Positions 7,918-16,293 of a DNA stretch of 32,000 nucleotides are shown here, piece by piece. The notes under the pieces are model-generated. The model saw only the letters and a list, made by a program, of their open reading frames with translations, was not told the origin of the DNA and made no database searches. Source of the stretch: Candidatus Brocadia sp. (GTDB lineage Bacteria; Planctomycetota; Brocadiia; Brocadiales; Brocadiaceae); NCBI GenBank assembly GCA_021646415.1, contig SOEU01000031.1, forward strand, positions 1 through 32,000. Reading direction: 5' to 3'. How positions within the stretch are numbered: the first letter of the stretch is position 1; every line of letters starts with the position of its first letter. The translations under genes were made by a program, and so were the position numbers.

Positions 7918-8181
7918 TTAACAAATCTTGATTTTTACACCCAGGAATTCCTGCACGTATCTTTTGCCAATATCTGCTACCATGTCATAGTCTGATTTTT
8001 TAAAACATAACTGACATTCAACATAATTATCGTTTTGCCGCAAACTAGGCAAGACACCGCTTTCGCCTACACGTACTCCCATTTCAGGAGATTGCTCAAT
8101 AACCTGAAAGTTACTTGTAAATATTTTAAATTTCTTTACATTACCACAATTGGGGCATACAAAAAATGTGTTTGTTGACAT
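7918..8181 (-). CDS. Hypothetical zinc-ribbon protein
   Basis: CPNC ... CQLC cysteine pairs. ATG at 8181 (MSTNTFF) is preceded by AAAGGAAC. No family recognised. Confidence 0.4.
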   Translation of the reverse strand: MSTNTFFVCPNCGNVKKFKIFTSNFQVIEQSPEMGVRVGESGVLPSLRQNDNYVECQLCFKKSDYDMVADIGKRYVQEFLGVKIKIC

Positions 8182-8229
8182 AGACAGGTTCCTTTCGCAA
8201 TACAATAGCAAATTTACAACAATACCATT

Positions 8230-8520
8230 CTAGAAAAATTGTATCTGACTATCCTTCATCTTTTGATATATGGATGACCAGGATCTTTTTGCATAGATGA
8301 TAGGTATCCCCCGATTGCCGGCAAATTTCTTTATCTTATAAGCCAGGTTATGATTAACAAAATCATACAGGAGAATAATAAAATCGGCCTTTTCTGGAAT
8401 TCTCCCACGGATCTTTTGCCCATTCCTACCAGTTAAATGCTGAATATCTGTTATCCCCAGTTTGTCAAGCTCTCTTGGGATACTTCCCAGATGATCACCC
8501 CCTACAATTATTACTGACAT
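8230..8520 (-). CDS. DUF2325-like small protein
   Basis: MSVIIVGGDHLG ... KADFIILLYDFVNHNLAYKIKKFAGNRGIPIIYAKRSWSS fits my recollection of the DUF2325 pattern (VGG ... aDlvvv.td.vsH ... ak..g.P.v...s.S.s). Confidence 0.55.
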   Translation of the reverse strand: MSVIIVGGDHLGSIPRELDKLGITDIQHLTGRNGQKIRGRIPEKADFIILLYDFVNHNLAYKIKKFAGNRGIPIIYAKRSWSSIYQKMKDSQIQFF

Positions 8521-8577
8521 TTTACATCTCATTTCATGAGTGTCCCATTAGACCAATTTTAGACAATTGTTCATTCA

Positions 8578-9735
8578 TCAAACTTTTAATAAAAGATTTT
8601 CTATTTCCCTTGAATTTGAAAAGTTCTCTTGCTCAAACTTAAATGCTTTTTCATTAAAAATAGCCAAACAAGCACATACCACATTAAAATCATAAAGTAT
8701 GCCTCTGTTGTGTGAAATTTCATTTAACGCCTTATCTAAAGGAAAGGGATGCCTATAAGGTCGGGGTGAAGTCATAGCATCAATAACGTCGGCCACACTG
8801 AGAATTTTTGCTTCCAGGTGAATATCTTTACCTGACAGACCAAAAGGATACCCGGAGCCGTTAACCCTTTCATGGTGTTGAAGCACAATTTGGGCAACCG
8901 ACCAGGGAAATTCTATTTCCTTCAATATATCATAACCTACCTGTGTGTGGTTCCTGATAACACTCAATTCAGCCTTAGTAAGCTGGACAGACTTATTGAG
9001 AATTTCTTCAGGTATGGATATTTTCCCTATATCATGGAGCAATGCAGCCAAACGAACCCCGGCAATCCTATCTTTTGAAAGAGACATCTCTTCCGCTATA
9101 CAACAAGCCAGGTGGGCTACCCGTTTCTGGTGGCCTGCTGAATAAGGATCCCTCGACTCAACTGTTAGCGCCAAAGTCTGAATAATACCTCTTAAAGACT
9201 TCTGCAGTTTCTCAATACTTTGTTTCGATTCATTCTCCTGCCGTTTCCGGGCATCGATTTCTCCCATTAATTCTTCATTCAACTCCATAAGCCTCGATGA
9301 ATGCTCAATCATTCTTTTCTCTAAAGATTCGTTCAGCACGAGTAACCCCTCTTCGGCCTGTTTACGAGCAGTAATATCCCTGGCTATCCCCATAACTCCA
9401 ATAAGCTTCCCTTTTTCATCCCTCAACGGAAAATTTCTATACTCACATAATATCTTTGTATTCTTAAAACAGAGTTCATATTGAGGACTCTCGCCTTTTA
9501 ATGTACTCGTAAAGGCATCCATCGCTTTTTTTAAGTTATCTTCGTCGAAAAGGGTTGCGAATGGTTTTCCGTAAAATTCCTCTGGTCTATGACCCGTAAA
9601 CTTTTCAAATATTTTATTTACAAATAAAACATTTCCCTCTGTATCATAAATGTAGGTAAGGTCTGTCACCCCGGAAAATAACAATCTCATCAGCTCATTT
9701 TCCATCAATTTATAAACAATCTTTGGCATTTCCAC
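8578..9735 (-). CDS. PAS-domain HD-GYP protein (probable c-di-GMP phosphodiesterase)
   Basis: N-terminal PAS (aa ~16-125), a coiled-coil linker, then an HD-GYP domain: HQKRVAHLA, LLHDIGKISIP, HHERVNGSGYPFGL. GTG start at 9735 lies 9 nt after GGAGG. Confidence 0.85.
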   Translation of the reverse strand: MEMPKIVYKLMENELMRLLFSGVTDLTYIYDTEGNVLFVNKIFEKFTGHRPEEFYGKPFATLFDEDNLKKAMDAFTSTLKGESPQYELCFKNTKILCEYRNFPLRDEKGKLIGVMGIARDITARKQAEEGLLVLNESLEKRMIEHSSRLMELNEELMGEIDARKRQENESKQSIEKLQKSLRGIIQTLALTVESRDPYSAGHQKRVAHLACCIAEEMSLSKDRIAGVRLAALLHDIGKISIPEEILNKSVQLTKAELSVIRNHTQVGYDILKEIEFPWSVAQIVLQHHERVNGSGYPFGLSGKDIHLEAKILSVADVIDAMTSPRPYRHPFPLDKALNEISHNRGILYDFNVVCACLAIFNEKAFKFEQENFSNSREIENLLLKV

Positions 9736-9787
9736 TTTGGCAATCCTCCATCTCCATAGTAAAATTTAACGGCATCTTCAAGCATCT

Positions 9788-10039
9788 TTATTTCAGTTTT
9801 TGTTGAAAATTAAAATATGCTTGCCATTTTGTTATACGAAGGAAAACGACCCATCCAATAACCAACGACAACAACGGGATTACTTTGCTCAATCCATTGT
9901 ACATATTTGTGCCAATGTGATCGCTTTTGTGGCAACAATGGACATCGTCATAATTTTCCCTTTTGCGAACTTACAAGAGTACTACCGCTGCCACAGAAAT
10001 CAAGATGCTGATTATCAGAAAGGTAAAAAAAATATTCAC
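9788..10039 (-). pseudogene. Small SD-led ORF (GTG, 22 codons, TAA) whose in-frame continuation stays open 60 more codons; CcoS/FixS-like, possibly nonsense-disrupted
   Basis: Hand translation of the minus strand: AGGAGG (10052..10047), 7 nt, GTG at 10039, then MNIFFTFLIISILISVAAVVLL, TAA (9973..9971), then VRKRENYDDVHCCHKSDH... to TAA at 9790..9788. A single N-terminal TM helix followed by V-R-x4-Y-D-D at residues 24-32 resembles the CcoS pattern W.VRSGQYDDL. Confidence 0.3.
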
Positions 10040-10363
10040 CCTTTGCCCTCCTTTTTTAAAAACTTTTCTTATAAAATATGCTATATCAAAATGTATGCCA
10101 AAGGCTGTGGGAAATAATTTTATTGCTTTTTAGCAATGAGGACTCTTCGTTCTCCAGTTTGCATGCAAAAACTTTTTTACAGATCCGAAAGACCATGACA
10201 TTGAAATTTCCAGGTATGAACTTATTATTTGCTGTTAATAAAAACTGATGCAGAAAGGCAGGGAGGGTTTTAAATAACTATTTTAATGCTATTGATTTTT
10301 TCTACGAGAAGAAAAAAGTTATGATCAAGTCACTATGAATTCATTCAGACCACATTAAAAAAG

Positions 10364-10411
10364 TGTGTCATGACACACAAGTGTGACGTCACACTTGTGT
10401 GTCATGACACA
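10364..10411. repeat. 48-bp perfect palindrome made of three 14-bp palindromes; intrinsic terminator of the response-regulator gene and/or operator array
   Basis: TGTGTCATGACACA-CAA-GTGTGACGTCACAC-TTG-TGTGTCATGACACA, checked by hand as its own reverse complement, centre between 10387 and 10388. On the minus strand it is followed by C + T6 (10363..10357). It lies 70 nt downstream of the regulator stop codon. Confidence 0.9.
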
Positions 10412-10481
10412 TAATAAAGAAGAAATTTGTGGTTAAATTTGTTTTGGAATGCGATTGCGCCGCACGAGGGAAGTTCTCGTA

Positions 10482-12182
10482 TCATTTATCTTGTATCCTT
10501 ATCTTGTACTCTTTCATTTTTCGATAGATAGTACGTCGGCTCATGCCCAACAGCCGGGCAGCCCTGGCCTTGTTCCATGCAGATCGTTCCAGTGCCCGAA
10601 GGATAACCTTTGATTCGTCAGGTATTACATCTTTGGGATGAGATTTAGTTCCAATTACGTCTTTAAAAGCAAGTGGCAGATGATCTACAGTAATTATGTT
10701 TTGATGGCAGAGGATAAATGCATGTTCCAGGGTATGTTCCAGTTCCCGAACATTACCTGGCCATGAATAATTCATAAATATTTTTTGGACATCAGCAGAT
10801 ATTGCGGCAATATCCTTATCTAGCTTTTTATTAAACTTTTTAAAAAAGTGTTTTACCAGTTGCGGTAAATCTTCCAGCCTGTCCCTTAACGGTGGTAGAT
10901 TCATTTCCACTACTTTAAGCCGATAATACAGATCTTCCCGAAACTCACCGCGCCTGACTTTTTCCCGAATATTCTGGTTCGTAGCGGCAACAACTCTGAC
11001 ATCCACTTTGATGGGATTCGAGTCTCCGACACGCTCAAATTCTTTTTCCTGTAATACCCTCAACAGCTGGAGTTGTATCCTGGGAGATATATCACCAATT
11101 TCATCCAAAAATATGGTTCCACCATCTGCCTTCTGAAATCTGCCAGCCCTATTCTGAGAAGCACCAGTAAAGGCACCCTTAACATGGCCAAAGAGTTCGC
11201 TTTCAAGTAAATTCTCTGACAAAGCTGAGCAGTTTACTTTGACCAGTGGTTTGTGGTTGCGTTCTCCGGTGTAATGGAGCGCCTCAGCTACCAGCTCTTT
11301 ACCTGTCCCACTTTCTCCCGTTATTAGGACTGTAGTCTGAACATCGGCAAGGTCTTCTATCAAAGAGTAAATCGCCTGCATCTTCTTACTTTTTCCTATA
11401 ATATTGTAGAATTTCCTGCGTTCTCTCATATCCCTTTCCAGATCAACCAGATGAGTATCGTCTCTTACCACTAAAACTGCCCCGGAAAAGATGCCTTTAT
11501 TATCCAAAAGTGGGTAGGTAGCAATGCTTACAACCTGCTGTGGATGAGAGTTGTGCTTGCATTCGAGATTACAAATTTCAATGGGTTGCTTTGTCCTGAT
11601 GGTTTCTTTAAGGGCATCGAGACACTTCTCATCACAATGTCTCTGAAGCAAACTCATTGATTTCCCAATAGAGACACGAGATAAGTCACAAATATTTTTG
11701 GCTGCTTCATTTAATTCGACTACTAACAAATCCTTATCAACGGTAATAATTGCATCCTTTACACTTCTGAATATTGCCTCAAGGTTTTTTCGATATTTCT
11801 CCTTTTCATCTGCCAGCATTTTATGCTGTAATGCTACCTTTGTAACACGCAATAAGGTATCTTGAAGCACGGGTTTAGGAATATAATCGAAGGCACCCAC
11901 CCGGAGTGCATCCGAAGCAGTCTCAATATCAGGAGCACCGGTAATCATGACAACCGGACAAGAGAGATTTTTTTCCTTAATATATCTCAGGATATCAATG
12001 CCACTTTTATCGTCTAAAATAATGTCTGCAAATATCAAATCAAAATCAGATTCATCAATCATTTCCAAGGCCTCGTTATAGTCCCTGGCAGTTGTCACCC
12101 CATATCCCTCATCTAAAAGGAAGCTTTCAAAGGTAAATCTGATATTCTCTTCATCATCGATTACAAGAATTCTTGCCTTCAT
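10482..12182 (-). CDS. Sigma54-dependent response regulator (REC-PAS-AAA+-Fis HTH; NtrC/AtoC family)
   Basis: REC: RILVIDDEENIR ... DLIFADIILDD ... PVVMITG. AAA+: GESGTGKE, GAFTGA loop (VKGAFTGAS), FLDEIGD. C-terminal HTH: AARLLGMSRRTIYRKMKEY. GGAGG lies upstream of the ATG. Confidence 0.92.
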   Translation of the reverse strand: MKARILVIDDEENIRFTFESFLLDEGYGVTTARDYNEALEMIDESDFDLIFADIILDDKSGIDILRYIKEKNLSCPVVMITGAPDIETASDALRVGAFDYIPKPVLQDTLLRVTKVALQHKMLADEKEKYRKNLEAIFRSVKDAIITVDKDLLVVELNEAAKNICDLSRVSIGKSMSLLQRHCDEKCLDALKETIRTKQPIEICNLECKHNSHPQQVVSIATYPLLDNKGIFSGAVLVVRDDTHLVDLERDMRERRKFYNIIGKSKKMQAIYSLIEDLADVQTTVLITGESGTGKELVAEALHYTGERNHKPLVKVNCSALSENLLESELFGHVKGAFTGASQNRAGRFQKADGGTIFLDEIGDISPRIQLQLLRVLQEKEFERVGDSNPIKVDVRVVAATNQNIREKVRRGEFREDLYYRLKVVEMNLPPLRDRLEDLPQLVKHFFKKFNKKLDKDIAAISADVQKIFMNYSWPGNVRELEHTLEHAFILCHQNIITVDHLPLAFKDVIGTKSHPKDVIPDESKVILRALERSAWNKARAARLLGMSRRTIYRKMKEYKIRIQDK

Positions 12183-12440
12183 CCTTTCCTCCTACGGTAA
12201 TAAATTAGGCTTTTGGCAACTTTTCGACACCAGTGTAGTGACAAGGCCTGCCTTGCCATTACAATTTCGTGGTTATTTTCAAGTCCCTGGCATTAAATGT
12301 TATTCTTTACTCAGCTCAGAATAATTCCAATGATATTCTATAATACTAGCAAGAATCACGCCAAAAGGATTGAATAAACCAACAACAATATCTTGTTGCC
12401 ATTTTGAAGGCATAAAGGTAACGAAAAATGTGAACATTTT

Positions 12441-15400
12441 TTAAATTCTATCAAAGTCAGGTATTGTGGGTAGGATAACTACAGCTTTGGTAAACTCTCC
12501 TTCAGCAGAATCAATCAAAAGCTTACCACCATACTTACTGATAACGCCGTGGCTGATGCTCAAACCTAGCCCGGTCCCTTTACCCCGTGGCTTCGTGGTA
12601 AAAAATGGATTCATCACCTTATCCAAAATGTTGGTTGGTATACCGGTACCCTGATCGTAAAAGGTAACCTTTACTGCCGGGGAATTATTCAGTGTTACTT
12701 CTTCACCTTGGATCTCAAGAATTTTCCTGTCATGTTTTCCCGGGTATTTACAATTCAAGGCATACCGCGCGTTACTTATGATATTTAAAAAGACCTGCTG
12801 GATCTGCTGAGGATGTACAATTATCCTGGGTAGTTCTTTTGGAATATCCACAATTAACTGAATACTATCCTTTCGTAACTGCGCATCTACAAGAACTAAC
12901 GTATCAGACAATATTTCACGTACATGGACAGCACTCCTTTGCTCTTTCCTGTCACTGGGCCTGGCAAAATGGAGAAGGCTCTTTACTATATTGGCTATGC
13001 GGTGCCCTTCTTTTACAATCCGATGAGCAACGTCATTTTCTCTGCTCCCCTTATGACTTTTATTGACCAGTATCTGGGCACAGTTGATGATACCCGTTAT
13101 GGGATTGTTGATTTCATGGGCCACACCCGCGGCCAGTTCACCTAATGATACCAGATGTCGTAAGCGTATTGCTTCCATCTGCAATGCCACCTTTTCGGTA
13201 ATATCCCAGAAAATACCTAATATGCCAATTATTTCGCCCCTTTCATCTCTTATTGGAGTTTTAACCATATGTATGGTCAACTCACGTCCATCCTTTGTAT
13301 ATTTTTCTTCGATGTCCTCCGTTTGTCCTAACCTCATAATTCTCCTATCATCTGCAATATACTTTTCAGCTAAATTTTTATGAAAAAAATCATAATCTGT
13401 CTTGCCAGTAATCTCATCCGGTTGAATATTTAAATCCCTGGCGTAGTTTTCGTTACAGGATACATAAATTGAATTTTTATCCTTATAAAATATTCTTTGC
13501 GGAAGATTTTCAAGCAGCATTCTATACTTCCTTTCACTCATTCGGAGCGTTTGCTCCGCTTGCTTGCGGGCAATACCAAGTGCAATAATGTCAGCTGCGG
13601 AGGCCAAAGCCCTGAAGATGAATTCGTTAAGCGATTTCCGGGCAAACATTGCTACAACCCCTACAAGGCGATCCTGTACAACCAGGGGAAATCCGGCAAA
13701 GGCAACCATTCCTTCCCGTTTTACCCAGTCTTTGTCGTGGATATATGGATCGTCGATAACGGAGTTTATCAAATAAGGCTTGCGATCCAGGGCTATAAGT
13801 CCGATCTTGAATTTGCCGACAGGGATTCTGCTATGAGAACCATTTTTATGAGTATACATCCCGGCGCTGGCCTGCAATTCCAGCACGTTTCCTTCCTCGT
13901 TCAGTGTCCAAATACGGGCGAACGCCGCATCGAGATTATTGACTATGGCCTCTGTACAATGGTAAAGAATTTCATGCAAGGTATCACCCTCAGTAAGGGC
14001 AATCCCTACATCCCTGACAAATGCCGCCAGACGCATTCGCTCCACCAATTCCTTAGTCCGCTTTTGCTCGGTAATATCGATCCCAAAAGAGATCATTCCC
14101 GTAACCTTCCCTTGCTCCCGCACCTCACTGTTCTGCCATGAAATGTATCTTTTTCTCCCTGCCTTCGTAAAAATGGTATTTTCAAAAGTCTTGGTCAACT
14201 GACCGTCTGACTGCCATTTGGTAAATTCCTGCCACACATGGGGATGCTTACCCCTGGGCACAAGTATTTCAAACCAATTTTTACCACTCACCTCAGCTTT
14301 TTTATAACCCGTAATTTCCTCGGCGACCTTGTTAAATATCTGAATATTTCCCATCACATCCAGCCCTACAACCATTACATTGGCTGTCTCAATAAGATTT
14401 TCAGCATAATCTTTTGCCTGTCGCAGGGCATCAATCATTCTTTGACGCTCTGTGATATCTCTGGCAGTACCGATAATCCCAATTATATTTCCGTTTTCAT
14501 CTCTCCATGGAAGATTTTTATATTCGCATAAAATTCCAGTATCTTTAAAAATTAGTTCATATTGCGGACTTGCTCCTTTCAATGTCATCGTGTAAACATC
14601 TGTTGCTTTTTTCAGGTTCTCTTCGTCGAAAAGAGGTGCGAATGGCTTTCCAATAAACTCTTCTGGTTTGTGACCGGTAAGTTTTTCAAAGGTGCGATTT
14701 ACAAACAATATGTTTCCGCCCGCATCACAAATATACGGCAAATCACTTATTTCAGAAATGAGTATCTCATATTTCTTTAGTTCAACCTTCGCCTTTTTAT
14801 GTTCGGCAATCTCCTCTTTGAGAAGTTTATTGGCATTTGAAAGCTCGACAGTCCGTTCAAGAACGCGCATTTCCAATTCACTGTTTGCTTCTCGCAACAT
14901 TTCTTCCATTCGTTTGTGTTCTAACGCATTAACAAATATTTCCGCCACCATTTTTAGCATGGCGATATCTTCACTCGTCCATGCTGTCTGCCTCAGAACC
15001 GAATCAAATCCCAAAAGTCCAACAAGTGATCCACCATAAATCATGGGAACGATTACAAATGATTGAACTGATTGTAATTGTCGCAGTTCTCTTTCGGCGC
15101 TTGCACAATCGGGCAGGTCACTTACCCGAGGAACATGAATAGTTTCGAACCGCTTCAGCTTCTCCATCCCCCATGGAAAATGATTAACAGGAATTCCCGT
15201 AAGATTTTCTATCTGTGGCAGAATGCCCTCCGCGCACCACTCGTGCGTATTGTCCATCCTCTCTTCACTGTCTGAGTACAGAAAGACATAACTGCGGTCA
15301 ACACCAGCGAATTCCCCGATCATTTTCAACGCACGGTTTATACCATCATCAACCTCGTTTGGTGCCAAGTTGATAAAGTTTGTTGATATGGTTGCAACGA

Positions 15401-16271
15401 GCTCTTCCATCTTTGCCCGATACCTCAACAACTCCTCCGCCCTCTTGCGTTCAGCAATTTCTTGCTTTAGTTCATCATAAGACGTCTTAAGTGAACTGGT
15501 CATCCGGTTAAAATTCATGGATAATTGTCCAATCTCATCTTTAGAATAGACCTCTATAGTACGTGTGAGATCACCTCTGGCAATATCAAGCGTAATATTT
15601 GCCATTTGTTGTAATGGTAAAACAATGTATTTGGTGAGAAAAACGGTAATACATATCCCGCCTAAAATTATGATCAAACCCATTGGGATAACACTTCGCC
15701 AAATAATCTGATGGATCCTTTTGTTCAATTTATGCGGTGATAAACCAATTTGTAAAAAACCCAGGGTATGTTGCCTTGTATTTACGGGGATTGCTTCGAA
15801 CACCTGTGCGGCAAATACCTCTTCTGAAAAAGTTTGTTCGAGAACAGGTACAGAAAAATCATAGAATGCCTCCCGTGAACAGGCAAGCAAGCAATCGGTA
15901 AGCAGTATATCCAGATTTTGTGAACCTTTTCCGGTGGGAATTTCTTTCATCTCGATGTCAAGCCAGGGTGCCTTCTCTTCATACAAGACCGACTTGATAC
16001 CTGATATACGCAAATAAGCAATTTCTTCTTCCCTGTCGAGAGCCTTTATCCTTTTGACAGGGGTATCAAGAAATGCAGGTTGTGAGTAACTCAGGGCGTA
16101 TTTGACTTCGATATCCTGTGCAAGCAGCATAACAAGGGATGTACCGAAACTTTTTAGCGCCACCTCCTGTTGCCTTTTTGCATGAATTAAAAAGAACAGG
16201 CAACTAAGCATGCCAATAATGATTACCAGTGAACTCATAAAAAGGATAAGTTTTGTACGGATACCAATCAT
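12441..16271 (-). CDS. Multidomain sensor histidine kinase (2 TM with ~160-aa extracytoplasmic loop, HAMP, GAF, PAS x2, GAF, PAS, HisKA, HATPase_c)
   Basis: TM helices near aa 8-30 and 193-215. HAMP: PLQQMANITLDIARGDLT. H-box: LGELAAGVAHEINNP. ATPase boxes: NIISNARYA, DQGTGIP, FFTTKPRGKGTGLGLS. PAS and GAF segments are inferred from repeated PAS-like ARDIT.. endings and GAF-like blocks. Confidence 0.9.
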   Translation of the reverse strand: MIGIRTKLILFMSSLVIIIGMLSCLFFLIHAKRQQEVALKSFGTSLVMLLAQDIEVKYALSYSQPAFLDTPVKRIKALDREEEIAYLRISGIKSVLYEEKAPWLDIEMKEIPTGKGSQNLDILLTDCLLACSREAFYDFSVPVLEQTFSEEVFAAQVFEAIPVNTRQHTLGFLQIGLSPHKLNKRIHQIIWRSVIPMGLIIILGGICITVFLTKYIVLPLQQMANITLDIARGDLTRTIEVYSKDEIGQLSMNFNRMTSSLKTSYDELKQEIAERKRAEELLRYRAKMEELVATISTNFINLAPNEVDDGINRALKMIGEFAGVDRSYVFLYSDSEERMDNTHEWCAEGILPQIENLTGIPVNHFPWGMEKLKRFETIHVPRVSDLPDCASAERELRQLQSVQSFVIVPMIYGGSLVGLLGFDSVLRQTAWTSEDIAMLKMVAEIFVNALEHKRMEEMLREANSELEMRVLERTVELSNANKLLKEEIAEHKKAKVELKKYEILISEISDLPYICDAGGNILFVNRTFEKLTGHKPEEFIGKPFAPLFDEENLKKATDVYTMTLKGASPQYELIFKDTGILCEYKNLPWRDENGNIIGIIGTARDITERQRMIDALRQAKDYAENLIETANVMVVGLDVMGNIQIFNKVAEEITGYKKAEVSGKNWFEILVPRGKHPHVWQEFTKWQSDGQLTKTFENTIFTKAGRKRYISWQNSEVREQGKVTGMISFGIDITEQKRTKELVERMRLAAFVRDVGIALTEGDTLHEILYHCTEAIVNNLDAAFARIWTLNEEGNVLELQASAGMYTHKNGSHSRIPVGKFKIGLIALDRKPYLINSVIDDPYIHDKDWVKREGMVAFAGFPLVVQDRLVGVVAMFARKSLNEFIFRALASAADIIALGIARKQAEQTLRMSERKYRMLLENLPQRIFYKDKNSIYVSCNENYARDLNIQPDEITGKTDYDFFHKNLAEKYIADDRRIMRLGQTEDIEEKYTKDGRELTIHMVKTPIRDERGEIIGILGIFWDITEKVALQMEAIRLRHLVSLGELAAGVAHEINNPITGIINCAQILVNKSHKGSRENDVAHRIVKEGHRIANIVKSLLHFARPSDRKEQRSAVHVREILSDTLVLVDAQLRKDSIQLIVDIPKELPRIIVHPQQIQQVFLNIISNARYALNCKYPGKHDRKILEIQGEEVTLNNSPAVKVTFYDQGTGIPTNILDKVMNPFFTTKPRGKGTGLGLSISHGVISKYGGKLLIDSAEGEFTKAVVILPTIPDFDRI

Positions 16272-16293
16272 ATGATTCTTAAATCAATCACAA

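Noticed and set aside
9899-9914. Perfect sigma54 -24 box TGGCAC on the minus strand
   Set aside because: The -12 position reads TGTAC, with no GC at the correct spacing, and it lies inside the CcoS-like frame. I also inspected TTTGCATGCAAA (10158..10169), a plain 12-bp palindrome with no GG element at -24 spacing.
9800-10117. Listed 105-aa plus-strand ORF in the regulator / HD-GYP intergenic region
   Set aside because: Low-complexity, Cys/Tyr/Lys-rich translation with no motif and no SD. It is antisense to an SD-led minus-strand frame that makes more sense.
12300-12437. 45-codon minus-strand ORF (MFTFFVTFMPSKWQQ...) starting 3 nt after the kinase stop
   Set aside because: No SD and no recognisable motif. 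It could be a chance ORF in the 258-nt kinase/regulator spacer and is not supportable without conservation data.
13497-14141. 214-aa plus-strand ORF (and neighbours 12466..15275) antisense to the histidine kinase
   Set aside because: These are shadow ORFs inside a well-supported 1276-aa gene, with no motifs. The same reasoning rejects 19415..20071 (antisense to ktrB), 29574..30050 and 29872..30153 (antisense to phoH), 6008..6397 and 6815..7162 (antisense to the radical SAM gene), 25600..25965 (antisense to folP), 23460..23846, and the small ORFs inside 598..2307.
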